The notes under the pieces: model-generated
The model's input: only the letters and a program-made list of their open reading frames with translations
The model's database searches: none
Told to the model about the DNA's origin: nothing
Assembly: GCA_944380405.1 (NCBI GenBank)
Contig: CALWHO010000181.1
Span: 74 to 64,073, forward strand
Length of the DNA stretch: 64,000 bases
Reading direction: 5' to 3'
From: an uncultured Lachnospiraceae bacterium
GTDB taxonomy: Bacteria > Bacillota > Clostridia > Lachnospirales > Anaerotignaceae
Part shown: positions 8,194 through 17,007 of the stretch, piece after piece
How positions within the stretch are numbered: the first letter of the stretch is position 1
Layout of the letters: every line of letters begins with the position of its first letter
Translations under genes and position numbers: made by a program

Positions 8194-9957
8194 ATGGCAA
8201 AATGGGTTCTTAAAAGAAATAAGGCATATACAGAAAAAATAGCTGAGGTGTTTTCAATTTCTCAGGTTACGGCTAATGTCCTTGCAAATAGAGGTCTTGG
8301 CACAAAAGAGACTATAGAAAAGTTTCTTTACTGCCCAATGGAGGATATGTATGACGGCTATTTAATGAAGGATATGAAAAAGGGCATTGATATAATTGAA
8401 AATGCCATAAAAAATAATAAAAAAATAGTTGTTTACGGCGATTACGACGTTGACGGTGTAACAAGCACAGTTATACTTTATAAAACTATACGCCATTTAA
8501 ATGGCAACGTAAGCTATTATCTTCCGCACAGACAAAAAGAAGGCTATGGCATGAATATAGATGCCATACACCACTTAAAGGAAGAAAATACAGATGTTAT
8601 ACTTTGTTGTGATAATGGTATAGCTGCATACGAAGAAATTAAAGAGGCAGTATTTCTTGGTATGGAAGTAGTTATACTTGACCACCACGAAGCGCCTTTT
8701 GAAACAGAGGAAAATGGAGTGAAGCACGATGTTTTGCCACCTGCTTCTGCCGTTATTGACAACAAAAGAAGCGACTGTAATTATCCATTTAAAAAGCTTT
8801 GTGCCGGAGGCATGAGCTATAAATTTTCAAAACTTCTTTTTGAAAAAATGAACAGAGAATTTGTGTTTGATGATGAGTTTTTGTCATTTGCAGCCATAGC
8901 CACAATTTGCGATATTGTAGACCTTATGGACGAAAACAGGATAATTGCCAAAAATGGTCTTTATAAAGCCGCTGATTGTAAAAATAAAGGTCTTAAAGCC
9001 CTTATGGCAGAGGCAGGAATAGAAGGCCCTTTAAGGGAATACCATGCAGGGTTTATAATAGGGCCATGTATAAATGCCACAGGCAGGCTTGAGGAGGCAA
9101 AAGAGGCTGTTGAGCTTTTTATAGAGGAAGACGGCAAAAAAGCCATGGATACGGCAGCGTACCTTGCAAGGCTTAATAACGAAAGAAAGGCTATGACAAC
9201 AAAGGCTGTTGAAGAGGCAGTTGAAAATGTTGAGAAAAATGGTCTTAATAAAGACAGCGTCCTTGTTATATACTGCCCTGATGTACACGAAAGCATAGCA
9301 GGTATTGTGGCAGGCAGGGTAAAAGAAATTTATTATAAGCCGGTTATACTTCTTACAAAGGGTGATAAAATGGCTAAAGGCTCTGCAAGAAGCATTGAAA
9401 GCTATAATATATTTGAGGAGCTTTCAAAATGCAAAGACCTTTTTTATAAGTTTGGCGGTCACCCTATGGCAGCAGGTCTTTCACTTGAAGAAAAAAATAT
9501 TGATGTTTTAAGGCAAAGGCTTAACGAAAATTCTCCTCTTACAGAAGATGACCTTACAGAAGTAACAAGAATAGAGCAAATACTTGATTTTAACCAGATT
9601 ACAATGGAGTGTGCTTATGAATTAGAGCGTCTTTCGCCTTTTGGCAAAGAAAATCCATCACCTGTGTTTGCTTCTGTTGGCGTAAAATGCATTAAAGTTA
9701 CTCTTATGGGCAAAAATAGGGATATGATGAAAATGCTTTTTAAGGACAAAAATGGCGATTATATGGAGGGCGTAAGCTTTAAGGGATACGATATGTTCTG
9801 CACAGAAATAGAAAAGCGTTTTACAAAAAATGAAGTAAAAAGGATTTTAAGCGGAGATAATATTGAAGTAGAAATGGATATCCTATATAATATTTCCGTA
9901 AACCGTTTTAATGGAATGGAAAATATTCAGCTTACCATAAAAGATATGCGTTTTTGA
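8194..9957 (+). CDS. recJ: single-stranded-DNA-specific exonuclease RecJ
   Basis: DHH (GDYDVDG, DNG, DHH) and DHHA1 (GGHPMAAG) motifs are present. I chose the ATG at 8194 after GGAGGA. The listed ORF start at 8113 is an alternative-codon extension. Confidence 0.85.
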   Translation: MAKWVLKRNKAYTEKIAEVFSISQVTANVLANRGLGTKETIEKFLYCPMEDMYDGYLMKDMKKGIDIIENAIKNNKKIVVYGDYDVDGVTSTVILYKTIRHLNGNVSYYLPHRQKEGYGMNIDAIHHLKEENTDVILCCDNGIAAYEEIKEAVFLGMEVVILDHHEAPFETEENGVKHDVLPPASAVIDNKRSDCNYPFKKLCAGGMSYKFSKLLFEKMNREFVFDDEFLSFAAIATICDIVDLMDENRIIAKNGLYKAADCKNKGLKALMAEAGIEGPLREYHAGFIIGPCINATGRLEEAKEAVELFIEEDGKKAMDTAAYLARLNNERKAMTTKAVEEAVENVEKNGLNKDSVLVIYCPDVHESIAGIVAGRVKEIYYKPVILLTKGDKMAKGSARSIESYNIFEELSKCKDLFYKFGGHPMAAGLSLEEKNIDVLRQRLNENSPLTEDDLTEVTRIEQILDFNQITMECAYELERLSPFGKENPSPVFASVGVKCIKVTLMGKNRDMMKMLFKDKNGDYMEGVSFKGYDMFCTEIEKRFTKNEVKRILSGDNIEVEMDILYNISVNRFNGMENIQLTIKDMRF

Positions 9958-9991
9958 TAAAATTTAAAATTACTGCGGAGGTAAAGGTTTT

Positions 9992-10504
9992 ATGGATTTA
10001 TCATCAAAAATAAGAGACATAAAGGATTTCCCTATGGAAGGAATTATATTTAGGGATATAACAACACTTCTTAAAGACCCTGAATATATGGTTGAAGCTA
10101 TAGACAGAATGGTTGAAAACTTAAAGAAGTTTGATTTTGATTATGTTATAGGTGCTGAAAGCCGTGGCTTTTTATTTGGCATGCCTGTAGCTTATGCCAT
10201 GAAAAAAGGCTTTATTCCTATTAGAAAAAAGGGCAAACTTCCAGCAGAAACAGTAAGCACAAAATACAGCCTTGAATATGGTGAGGCAGAAATCGAAATA
10301 CATAAGGATGCCATTAAAAAAGGCACAAAGGTAGTTATTATTGACGACCTTATTGCCACAGGCGGTACTGCAAAGGCAGCAGCAGAGCTTGTTGAAAGCC
10401 TTGGTGGTAAGGTTATGGCATTTGAATTTTTAATTGAGCTTGAAAATCTTAACGGCAGAGACCTTCTTGATGGATATGCTGTTGAGTCTATTATTAAATA
10501 TTAA
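9992..10504 (+). CDS. apt: adenine phosphoribosyltransferase
   Basis: The 170 aa protein has the PRPP-binding motif VVIIDDLIATGGT, and the recJ-apt synteny is typical. Confidence 0.9.
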   Translation: MDLSSKIRDIKDFPMEGIIFRDITTLLKDPEYMVEAIDRMVENLKKFDFDYVIGAESRGFLFGMPVAYAMKKGFIPIRKKGKLPAETVSTKYSLEYGEAEIEIHKDAIKKGTKVVIIDDLIATGGTAKAAAELVESLGGKVMAFEFLIELENLNGRDLLDGYAVESIIKY

Positions 10505-10533
10505 AAATAGGCTGTAATTAAATTAAAAAAGCC

Positions 10534-10562
10534 TTGCAAAAGTGGACTTTATGTGATAACAT
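10534..10562 (+). promoter_or_regulatory. candidate sigma-A promoter of rplS
   Basis: The -35 box is TTGCAA, followed by a 17 nt spacer and an extended -10 box, TGaTAACAT. Confidence 0.4.
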
Positions 10563-10647
10563 ATTTTCCGTATTGTATTAAGGACGGTCCGCTGTCATTG
10601 TATGGATATGGCAAGAACGTCTGTGTAGTTTTAGGAGGACGTTAAAA
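10563..10647 (+). promoter_or_regulatory. rplS 5' leader, possible L19 autoregulatory leader
   Basis: This is an 85 nt UTR in which aacgtc can pair with gacgtt immediately 3' of the GGAGG RBS. I did not verify the family assignment (Rfam L19_leader). Confidence 0.25.
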
Positions 10648-10998
10648 ATGGTTAACGAAGTAATTAAGAGCATTGAACAGGCTCAGCTTAAAAGCGAAAT
10701 CCCTGCATTTAATGTAGGTGACACAATCCGTGTTTACGCAAAGGTTGTAGAAGGTACAAGAGAAAGACTTCAGATGTTTGAAGGCGTTGTTATCAAAAGA
10801 CAGAACGGCGGCGTTAGAGAAACTTTCACAGTTAGAAGAATCGCTTCAGGCGTTGGTGTTGAAAGAACATGGCCACTTCACTCACCAAGAATTGACCGTA
10901 TCGAAGTTGTAAGACGCGGTATTGTTAGAAGAGCTAAACTTTACTACTTAAGAGACAGAGTTGGTAAAGCAGCTAAAGTTAAAGAAGTTATAAAATAA
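10648..10998 (+). CDS. rplS: 50S ribosomal protein L19
   Basis: The 116 aa protein is highly conserved (FNVGDTIRV...[15 protein letters not shown]). Confidence 0.95.
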   Translation: MVNEVIKSIEQAQLKSEIPAFNVGDTIRVYAKVVEGTRERLQMFEGVVIKRQNGGVRETFTVRRIASGVGVERTWPLHSPRIDRIEVVRRGIVRRAKLYYLRDRVGKAAKVKEVIK

Positions 10999-11005
10999 TC
11001 CATTT

Positions 11006-11040
11006 AAAGCCTGACGCAGTAAGCGTCAGGCTTTATGTTT
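11006..11040 (+). terminator. intrinsic terminator after rplS
   Basis: The hairpin aaagcctgacgc-agtaa-gcgtcaggcttt is followed by a T-rich stretch. Confidence 0.7.
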
Positions 11041-11061
11041 AGAAGAAAGGTATTAACTGCT

Positions 11062-11616
11062 ATGAGTGAACTTCGTAAAAAACGCAAGGAAAAAGAGGTT
11101 AAAGAGTGGATAATTTCCATAGTTGTGGTAGTTATAATTGCTCTTATAGTAAGAAATTTTATAGTATGCCCTGTTATGGTTAAAGGCTCTTCTATGGAGC
11201 CAAACTTCCATCATGGTGATATTGTACTGGCAAACAGGTTTGAATATATTATTTCAGAGCCTGAAAGAGATGATATTGTAATTTGTGATTACTCAGCTTC
11301 AACTGGTGAAAAACATATTATAAAAAGAGTTATAGGCGTTGAGGGTGACACAATAGACTTCCAGTGGACAGACCATATGTATTATAAATTAGTGCTTAAC
11401 GGCGAAGTAATTGACGAAGACTATACAAAAGAAGACATGTATTTTATTGGAGATATGAGTTTTCCATATACGGTGCCTGAAGACTGCTATTTTGTAATGG
11501 GAGATAACAGAAACGACAGTAATGACAGCCGTTATGTGGCAGTTGGGGCAATTAAGAAAAGTGACATGATAGGAAAGGTTTTTGTAAGTGTAAAACCTTT
11601 TAGAGTTATAGATTAA
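11062..11616 (+). CDS. lepB: signal peptidase I (S26)
   Basis: The GSSMEP and GDNRNDSNDSR motifs are present. I prefer the ATG at 11062 because the ATG at 11035 lies inside the rplS terminator T-tract. Confidence 0.8.
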   Translation: MSELRKKRKEKEVKEWIISIVVVVIIALIVRNFIVCPVMVKGSSMEPNFHHGDIVLANRFEYIISEPERDDIVICDYSASTGEKHIIKRVIGVEGDTIDFQWTDHMYYKLVLNGEVIDEDYTKEDMYFIGDMSFPYTVPEDCYFVMGDNRNDSNDSRYVAVGAIKKSDMIGKVFVSVKPFRVID

Positions 11617-11627
11617 AGAGGTGTTTT

Positions 11628-12353
11628 ATGAATATACAGTGGTATCCGGGACACATGACAAAAACAAGGCGTATGATGGAAGAAAACATATCCCTTGTTG
11701 ATGTTGTAATTGAGCTTATAGACGCCAGAATACCTTACAGCAGCAAAAATCCTGAAATAGACGAACTGGCAAAAAATAAGTACAGAATTATAGTTATGAA
11801 TAAATCAGACCTTGCAGATGACAGGGCAACTGAAATCTGGACAAAATATTTTGAAGATAAGGGCTTTAAAGTGCTTCTTACAGATGCTAAAAGCGGTAAG
11901 GGCGTAAACTCCGTAACAAATATGGCAAAAGACCTTATGGCTGAAAAAATAGCCCGTCTGAAACAAAAGGGCAGAATATTTGTGCCTGTAAGAGCCATGA
12001 TAGTAGGTATACCTAACGTAGGCAAGTCAACATTTATAAACAAGTATGTGGGCAAAACTACTGCTAAAACTGGGGATAAACCTGGCGTAACAAGAGGCAA
12101 ACAGTGGATAAAAGTAAAGAAAGACTTTGAACTTCTTGATACTCCTGGTATACTTTGGCCTAAGTTTGAAGACCCTGAAGTTGGTCTTAAACTGGCATTT
12201 ACAGGAGCTATAAATGACGATATACTTGATATGGAAACAGCTGCCTATGAGTTTATAAACCTTATGGTTGCAACATATCCAGACAGGTTAAGAGAAAGAT
12301 ATAATGTTGAGTTTGATACAATAGAGCCTGTTCATGAGATATTTGAAAAATAG
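11628..12353 (+). CDS. rbgA: ribosome biogenesis GTPase A (RbgA/YlqF), N-terminal 241 aa as the frame stands
   Basis: The circularly permuted GTPase motifs NKSDL and GIPNVGKST...DTPG are present. The ORF stops at a TAG immediately after the A5 run at 12346-12350. Confidence 0.85.
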   Translation: MNIQWYPGHMTKTRRMMEENISLVDVVIELIDARIPYSSKNPEIDELAKNKYRIIVMNKSDLADDRATEIWTKYFEDKGFKVLLTDAKSGKGVNSVTNMAKDLMAEKIARLKQKGRIFVPVRAMIVGIPNVGKSTFINKYVGKTTAKTGDKPGVTRGKQWIKVKKDFELLDTPGILWPKFEDPEVGLKLAFTGAINDDILDMETAAYEFINLMVATYPDRLRERYNVEFDTIEPVHEIFEK

Positions 12354-12574
12354 GCAAAGCAAGAGGTTTTGTTGTTAAGGGCGGCGAAATAGATCGTGGT
12401 AGATGTGCCAAAATACTTATGGACGAATTTAGAGGCGGTAAGCTGGGTAAAATGACTCTTGAACTTCCTGAAGACATAAAGGATATGACAGAAGAAATTA
12501 AGAAAAGAGAGCAGGAAAAAAAGCAGCGTGACAGAGAAAGAAAAGCTGAGTACAGACGAAAAAATAATAAGTAA
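12350..12574 (+). pseudogene. rbgA: C-terminal 74 aa of RbgA encoded in the -1 frame
   Basis: Hand translation from 12350 gives IGKARGFVVKGGEIDRGRCAKILMDEFRGGKLGKMTLELPED..., the conserved RbgA C-terminal domain. A sixth A in the run would fuse it in frame to 11628..12350. Confidence 0.75.
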
Positions 12575-12619
12575 TATTTTCTTAATTTAACGTATTGTTT
12601 ATATAAAGGAGATATTGCC

Positions 12620-14191
12620 ATGGAAATATGCAAAGATAAAACAAAAGAAGCCTTAAAAAACAAGAAAAACTCCATAAAGCGCTTCCTTCTTGGAAGGGCT
12701 GGATTTATGCTGTTTCTTCTTTTGATGCAGATATTTATACTTCTTTGGGGTGTTGATGTTCTTGGGGATATGTTTTCATATCTTTGGGGAAGTTTTAATA
12801 TTATAAGTGCTCTTGTTGTTGTTTATATTATAAATAGAAATGATAACCCGGCATATAAGCTGGCATGGATGCTGCCTGTGCTTATATTTCCTGTTTTTGG
12901 CGGTCTTTTGTATCTTTTTGTAAGGCTTAATATTCCTGCTATTGCTGTAAAAAACAGAATTTGGAGTATAGAGCTTAAAACAAGACCTATTATTTACAGA
13001 GATGATGAGGTTATAGAGCATATAGAAAATGCACATCCGCACCTTTCAAGAATAAGCAGATATATCGACTCCATAACTGGAATGAAAGTATATAAAGGCA
13101 GTAATATAAAATACTTCCCTACAGGAGAGGACAAGTATAAAGAGCTTCTTATTGAGCTTGAAAAGGCTGAAAAGTTTATATTTTTGGAGTATTTCATAAT
13201 AGAAGAGGGCTGTATGTGGAATTCTGTTCTTGAGATACTTGAAAGAAAGGTTAAAGAAGGCGTAGAGGTACGAATAATGTATGACGGTCTTGGTACACTT
13301 ACAAAGCTTCCTCATAACTATGATAAGTATTTAAGAAGCAAGGATATAAAAACAAAGGTATTTCTTCCTGTAGCACCTGTTTTAAGTACTATACAAAATA
13401 ACCGTGACCACAGAAAAATATTTGTTATAGACGGTAAATGTGCCTTTAATGGCGGTGTTAACCTTGCTGATGAATATATAAACGAAAAAGAAGTTTTCGG
13501 TCATTGGAAAGATTCTGCTGTAATGGTTACAGGCGAAGCTGTTCAAAGCTATACGCTTATGTTTCTTCAGATGTGGAACATAGACGAAAAGCAGCCAGAA
13601 GACTATAAAAGATATTTAAGTGAAACAGTTGAAGAAGAAGGCGAAGGCTATATATGTGCCTTTTACGATAACCCGCTTATATTTGACAGGGTAGGCAAAA
13701 CAGTCTATATGGACATGCTTAATACGGCAAAGGAATATGTCCATATTACAACGCCGTACTTTTTGCCCGATAACGAGCTTTTAACTTCAATGATAACTGC
13801 TGCCAAAAGCGGCATTGATGTAAAAATGATAATACCTCATATTCCTGATAAAAAAATACCTTTTATAATGGCAAGAAGTTATTATCAGCTTCTTATTGAG
13901 TCAGGTGTAAGGGTATACGAATATACACCAGGGTTTATACATGCCAAAAACTTTGTAAGCGATAACAAGCGAGCAGTTGTTGGTACAATAAACCTTGATT
14001 TTAGAAGTTTGTATCTTCATTTTGAGTGTGCCACATATTTTGAAGGCTGCAAGGCTGTTGGTGATGTGGAAGAAGATTTCCAGAAAACACTTGAAAAGTG
14101 CATACCTGTAACGTATGAATATATAAGTAAAATTCCTTTCTGGGAAAAGACACTGGGCAGATTTTTAAGGATATTTGCTCCGCTTATGTAA
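12620..14191 (+). CDS. cls: cardiolipin synthase
   Basis: The 523 aa protein has N-terminal TM helices and two HKD motifs (HRKIFVIDG and HAKNFVSDN). Confidence 0.9.
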   Translation: MEICKDKTKEALKNKKNSIKRFLLGRAGFMLFLLLMQIFILLWGVDVLGDMFSYLWGSFNIISALVVVYIINRNDNPAYKLAWMLPVLIFPVFGGLLYLFVRLNIPAIAVKNRIWSIELKTRPIIYRDDEVIEHIENAHPHLSRISRYIDSITGMKVYKGSNIKYFPTGEDKYKELLIELEKAEKFIFLEYFIIEEGCMWNSVLEILERKVKEGVEVRIMYDGLGTLTKLPHNYDKYLRSKDIKTKVFLPVAPVLSTIQNNRDHRKIFVIDGKCAFNGGVNLADEYINEKEVFGHWKDSAVMVTGEAVQSYTLMFLQMWNIDEKQPEDYKRYLSETVEEEGEGYICAFYDNPLIFDRVGKTVYMDMLNTAKEYVHITTPYFLPDNELLTSMITAAKSGIDVKMIIPHIPDKKIPFIMARSYYQLLIESGVRVYEYTPGFIHAKNFVSDNKRAVVGTINLDFRSLYLHFECATYFEGCKAVGDVEEDFQKTLEKCIPVTYEYISKIPFWEKTLGRFLRIFAPLM

Positions 14192-14203
14192 AAAAGACAT
14201 GTA

Positions 14204-14243
14204 AAAAGCCATATTACAATTAGAATGTTGTAGTATGGCTTTA
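14204..14243. terminator. bidirectional terminator hairpin between cls and XRE paralogue 1
   Basis: gccatattacaa / ttgtagtatggc forms a 12 bp stem with one G-T pair. It is flanked by an A-run and a T-run. Confidence 0.6.
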
Positions 14244-14246
14244 AAT

Positions 14247-14591
14247 TTACTCTTCTTCTGATGAAATAGATATTATTTCAAGGCAGGAATGAATTATTTT
14301 TTCCAACTGCTGGTGATATTTTGGGTCAATGTTATAGAAATGTTCGTTAAGGTCTATTTTGTCGATATTTTTCCAAAGTATTTTATCGGAGGATATACCA
14401 AGAACTTCGCATATTTTCTTTAATGTTGTAAGAGAGATACCTGCATAGCCTCTTTCAACGTCATAAAGAAAATTAATGCTCACATCTATTAATTCTGAAA
14501 GCTGTTCTCTTGTGTAGCCATTTTTTTCTCTGTAAAATCGAATATTTTGACCAACAAGAACGTTGATTTCTTTTTTCTCTTTTGCTCGCAT
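14247..14591 (-). CDS. XRE-family HTH transcriptional regulator, paralogue 1 (114 aa)
   Basis: The N-terminal HTH_XRE region reads VGQNIRFYREKNGYTREQLSELIDVS...ISLTTLKKICEVLGIS. The start is an ATG after GAGG. Confidence 0.8.
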   Translation of the reverse strand: MRAKEKKEINVLVGQNIRFYREKNGYTREQLSELIDVSINFLYDVERGYAGISLTTLKKICEVLGISSDKILWKNIDKIDLNEHFYNIDPKYHQQLEKIIHSCLEIISISSEEE

Positions 14592-14626
14592 AAAAACCTC
14601 AAATTAAAAAATATTTATATATTTGA

Positions 14627-14995
14627 TTAATTTCTCGCTTTTTTGTTATAATCATTTTTAGATGCAAGGGATATTATTTCTAATTGTTTTTGTATAAGTT
14701 CGTCTATAACACCCATATACTCATCTGGCAAATGGGATAAACGCTCAGAAATATCAATTTTATTATCAGTGTTTTTCCAAAGTAAACGGTCAGCAGAAAT
14801 GCCTAAAACTTCACACAACTTTTTTAATGTAGTTATAGAAATTCCAGTGCTGCCTGTTTCTGCATCGTATAAAAAGCGAGGACTAACTTCAATTAATTCG
14901 GCTAATTTTTCTCTGCTATAGCCTAATTTATCCCTATGAAGTCTTATATTTTCACCAACAATAATGTTTATTTCCTTTTTTTCTTTTGATAGCAA
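14627..14995 (-). CDS. XRE-family HTH transcriptional regulator, paralogue 2 (122 aa)
   Basis: It has the same architecture and is visibly similar to paralogue 1 across the HTH and C-terminal region. The start codon is TTG, after GAAAGG. Confidence 0.75.
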   Translation of the reverse strand: MLSKEKKEINIIVGENIRLHRDKLGYSREKLAELIEVSPRFLYDAETGSTGISITTLKKLCEVLGISADRLLWKNTDNKIDISERLSHLPDEYMGVIDELIQKQLEIISLASKNDYNKKARN

Positions 14996-15017
14996 TAAAA
15001 TCTACCTTTCATTTAAT

Positions 15018-15368
15018 TTATAGTTTTTTATTTAATAAAAGTGAAATCATTTCAAGTTGAGTTGTTATAATTTTTTCTAAATATGGGTGGTATTTTGGGT
15101 CAATATGTGCAATCATATCTTGTAGAGTTGTTGGTTGGTTTTGGTTATTCCAAAGTATATTATCGGCAGAAACACCCAGAACTTCGCATATTTTCTTTAA
15201 TGTTGTAAGAGAAATACCAACAAAGCCTAATTCACAATCGGCTAAAAAACGAGGGCTTACACCTATTAATTCAGATAATTTTTCTCTATTTAAGCCTGCT
15301 TTTTCTCTATAAAATCTAATGTTTTGTCCTACTGTAATATTGATTTCTTTTTTATCTTTAGCTCTCAA
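15018..15368 (-). CDS. XRE-family HTH transcriptional regulator, paralogue 3 (116 aa)
   Basis: I trimmed the ORF to the TTG at 15368, eight nt after GGAGGTGG. This gives (M)RAKDKKEINITVG, colinear with paralogue 1 (MRAKEKKEINVLVG). Confidence 0.7.
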   Translation of the reverse strand: MRAKDKKEINITVGQNIRFYREKAGLNREKLSELIGVSPRFLADCELGFVGISLTTLKKICEVLGVSADNILWNNQNQPTTLQDMIAHIDPKYHPYLEKIITTQLEMISLLLNKKL

Positions 15369-15425
15369 TAATACCACCTCCACTATATTGTCGTTTACTA
15401 CTACAATTTTATGTGTGGGTAATAG

Positions 15426-15454
15426 TTGAAAAAATGGAGTTTTAACAGTATAAT
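15426..15454 (+). promoter_or_regulatory. sigma-A promoter of the SLOG/DUF1273 gene
   Basis: TTGAAA, a 17 nt spacer and TATAAT. The listed ORF start at 15426 is the TTG of the -35 box itself. Confidence 0.55.
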
Positions 15455-15497
15455 TAAACTTGTAATACACGAATTATTATATAAAGAAGGTGTTCTT

Positions 15498-15983
15498 TTG
15501 TATTCTAAAGAAAATACAGTTTGTTTTACAGGTCACAGAAAAATAAGAAAGTCCGACAAGGATTTATATACAAAAATTTATAATGTTGTTGAAAGTCTTA
15601 TATTACAGGGGTTTTTATGCTTTTGTGCAGGTGGTGCAAGAGGTTTTGACACTATGGCAGCAGAGGCAGTTTTAAGTCTTAGGGAAAAGTACGCTGATAT
15701 AAAATTAGTGCTGGTGCTGCCCTTTTTGGAGCAGTATAAAAAAGAAGAGTCTTGGACTGATGAAGAAATAGATAGATTTATTAATTTGACCAAAAAAGCA
15801 GACAGCGTTGTTTATTTGCAAAGAGATTATTCAAAAAGCTGTTATTATAAACGAAATCAGCTTCTTGTGGAGTATTCTTCCGTTTGTGTTTGCTACAAAA
15901 GCAGAAAAAGCGGGGGAACGGCATATACTGTGGAACTGGCTCAAAAAGAGGGATTAAAAATTATAAATTTAATAGAGAAGTAA
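15498..15983 (+). CDS. SLOG-superfamily DUF1273 (YpsA-like) protein
   Basis: The sequence VCFTGHRK...GGARGFDTMAAEAVL...GGTAYTV is characteristic of DUF1273. I prefer the TTG at 15498, which follows GAAGGTG and lies downstream of the promoter. Confidence 0.7.
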   Translation: MYSKENTVCFTGHRKIRKSDKDLYTKIYNVVESLILQGFLCFCAGGARGFDTMAAEAVLSLREKYADIKLVLVLPFLEQYKKEESWTDEEIDRFINLTKKADSVVYLQRDYSKSCYYKRNQLLVEYSSVCVCYKSRKSGGTAYTVELAQKEGLKIINLIEK

Positions 15984-16016
15984 AAAAGAGAGGGCATAAG
16001 TCCTCTTTTTTTTTAT
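15984..16016 (+). terminator. intrinsic terminator after the SLOG gene
   Basis: The stem agagg/cctct has G-U and A-U extensions and is followed by a T run of about 10. Confidence 0.6.
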
Positions 16017-16021
16017 TTCTT

Positions 16022-16226
16022 GGCAAGGATTATAAATACTTTATTTTAAAAAGTATTTGCGAGAGGGCCCATCTCAGAGTTGCGAAGCCCGAAGTGCCCT
16101 CTCGTGCTCTCCCATCTTGGGCGACGCTTTTCGTATGTGTACGGCTCTTGCCATTTACAAAATAATATTTAAATTCTTTTTTACAAAAAAATAAACCCAT
16201 CAGCCATGAACAACAAAAGGCGTGGC
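16022..16226. repeat. F2 structured repeat, unit A
   Basis: The unit reads ggcaagNaYtataaat...aaaagtatttgcgagagggccc...gccctctcg...cttgggcgacgcttttcgtatgtgtacggctcttgcc...cccatcagccatgaacaacaaaaggcgtggc. It is nearly identical to unit C. Confidence 0.85.
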
Positions 16227-16270
16227 TTACTTCTTTTCTCTCTTACCCTTGAAAAAAGTTCTTATTTCTC

Positions 16271-16600
16271 GGTAAGAACTATAAATTCTATATTTTACAA
16301 AAGTATTTGCGAGAGGGCCCATCAATGCACCCGACGAACAAGGGCGGCAAAGCCGGTTTGCGAAGCAAAATGCTGACAGGGAGCCCCGAAGCCCTGACCC
16401 CCTCTCGCGCTCTCCCATCTTGGGCGACGCTTTTCGTATGTGTACGGCTCTTGCCCTTTACAAAATAAATTCTTTTTAACTTTACTTTAAATAAAAAATA
16501 ACCCACTATCCACGAAATACAAAAGGCGTGGCCATAGGGTTGGGGTTCAAGGGGAAGGGACACGGCCTTCGCAACTACGAGTTCTCCCTTCCCCTTGGAG
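16271..16600. repeat. F2 structured repeat, unit B, with inserted sub-module M and a G-rich hairpin extension
   Basis: It has the same framework as units A and C. The apex of the first hairpin is replaced by cccgacgaacaagggcggcaaagccggtttgcgaagcaaaatgctgacaggg. It is followed by the 12 bp stem aaggggaaggga/tcccttcccctt (16549-16596). Confidence 0.85.
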
Positions 16601-16707
16601 AAAACTTTATTGCCATTTATAAAAGCCAACTTCTCGTCGGCTTCTTCCTAAAGGAAGAAGGTCGGCGACCGTAAGCCAAATCTCTCCAACAAAACTCTCC
16701 ACTCCTC

Positions 16708-16980
16708 GGCAAGTACTATAAATCCTCTGTTTTACAAAAGTATTTGCGAGAGGGCCCATCTCAGAGTTGCGAAGCCCGAAGTGCCCTCTCGCGCTCTCCC
16801 ATCTTGGGCGACGCTTTTCGTATGTGTACGGCTCTTGCCCTTTACAAAATAATATTTAAATTCTTGTTTACAAAAAAATAAACCCATCAGCCATGAACAA
16901 CAAAAGGCGTGGCAAACAGGTTGGGTTTTAAGGGGAAAGAGCACAGCCTTCGCATACTTCGAGCGTCCCTTCCCCTTGAA
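16708..16980. repeat. F2 structured repeat, unit C, with the G-rich hairpin extension
   Basis: 16729-16913 is nearly identical to unit A. The extension at 16930-16977 is homologous to 16549-16596. Confidence 0.85.
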
Positions 16981-17007
16981 ATAAACTCTTTTCAAATTTC
17001 CATTAAT

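Noticed and set aside
15369-15470. N-terminal extensions of listed ORFs. Examples are 15018..15470, 1212..1850, 2696..3676, 8113.., 37487..38026 and 20184..20837.
   Set aside because: The ORF track extends to the furthest possible start, including TTG and GTG codons. Internal starts with good RBS spacing and homologue-like N-termini fit better. In one case the extension start is the -35 box of a promoter.
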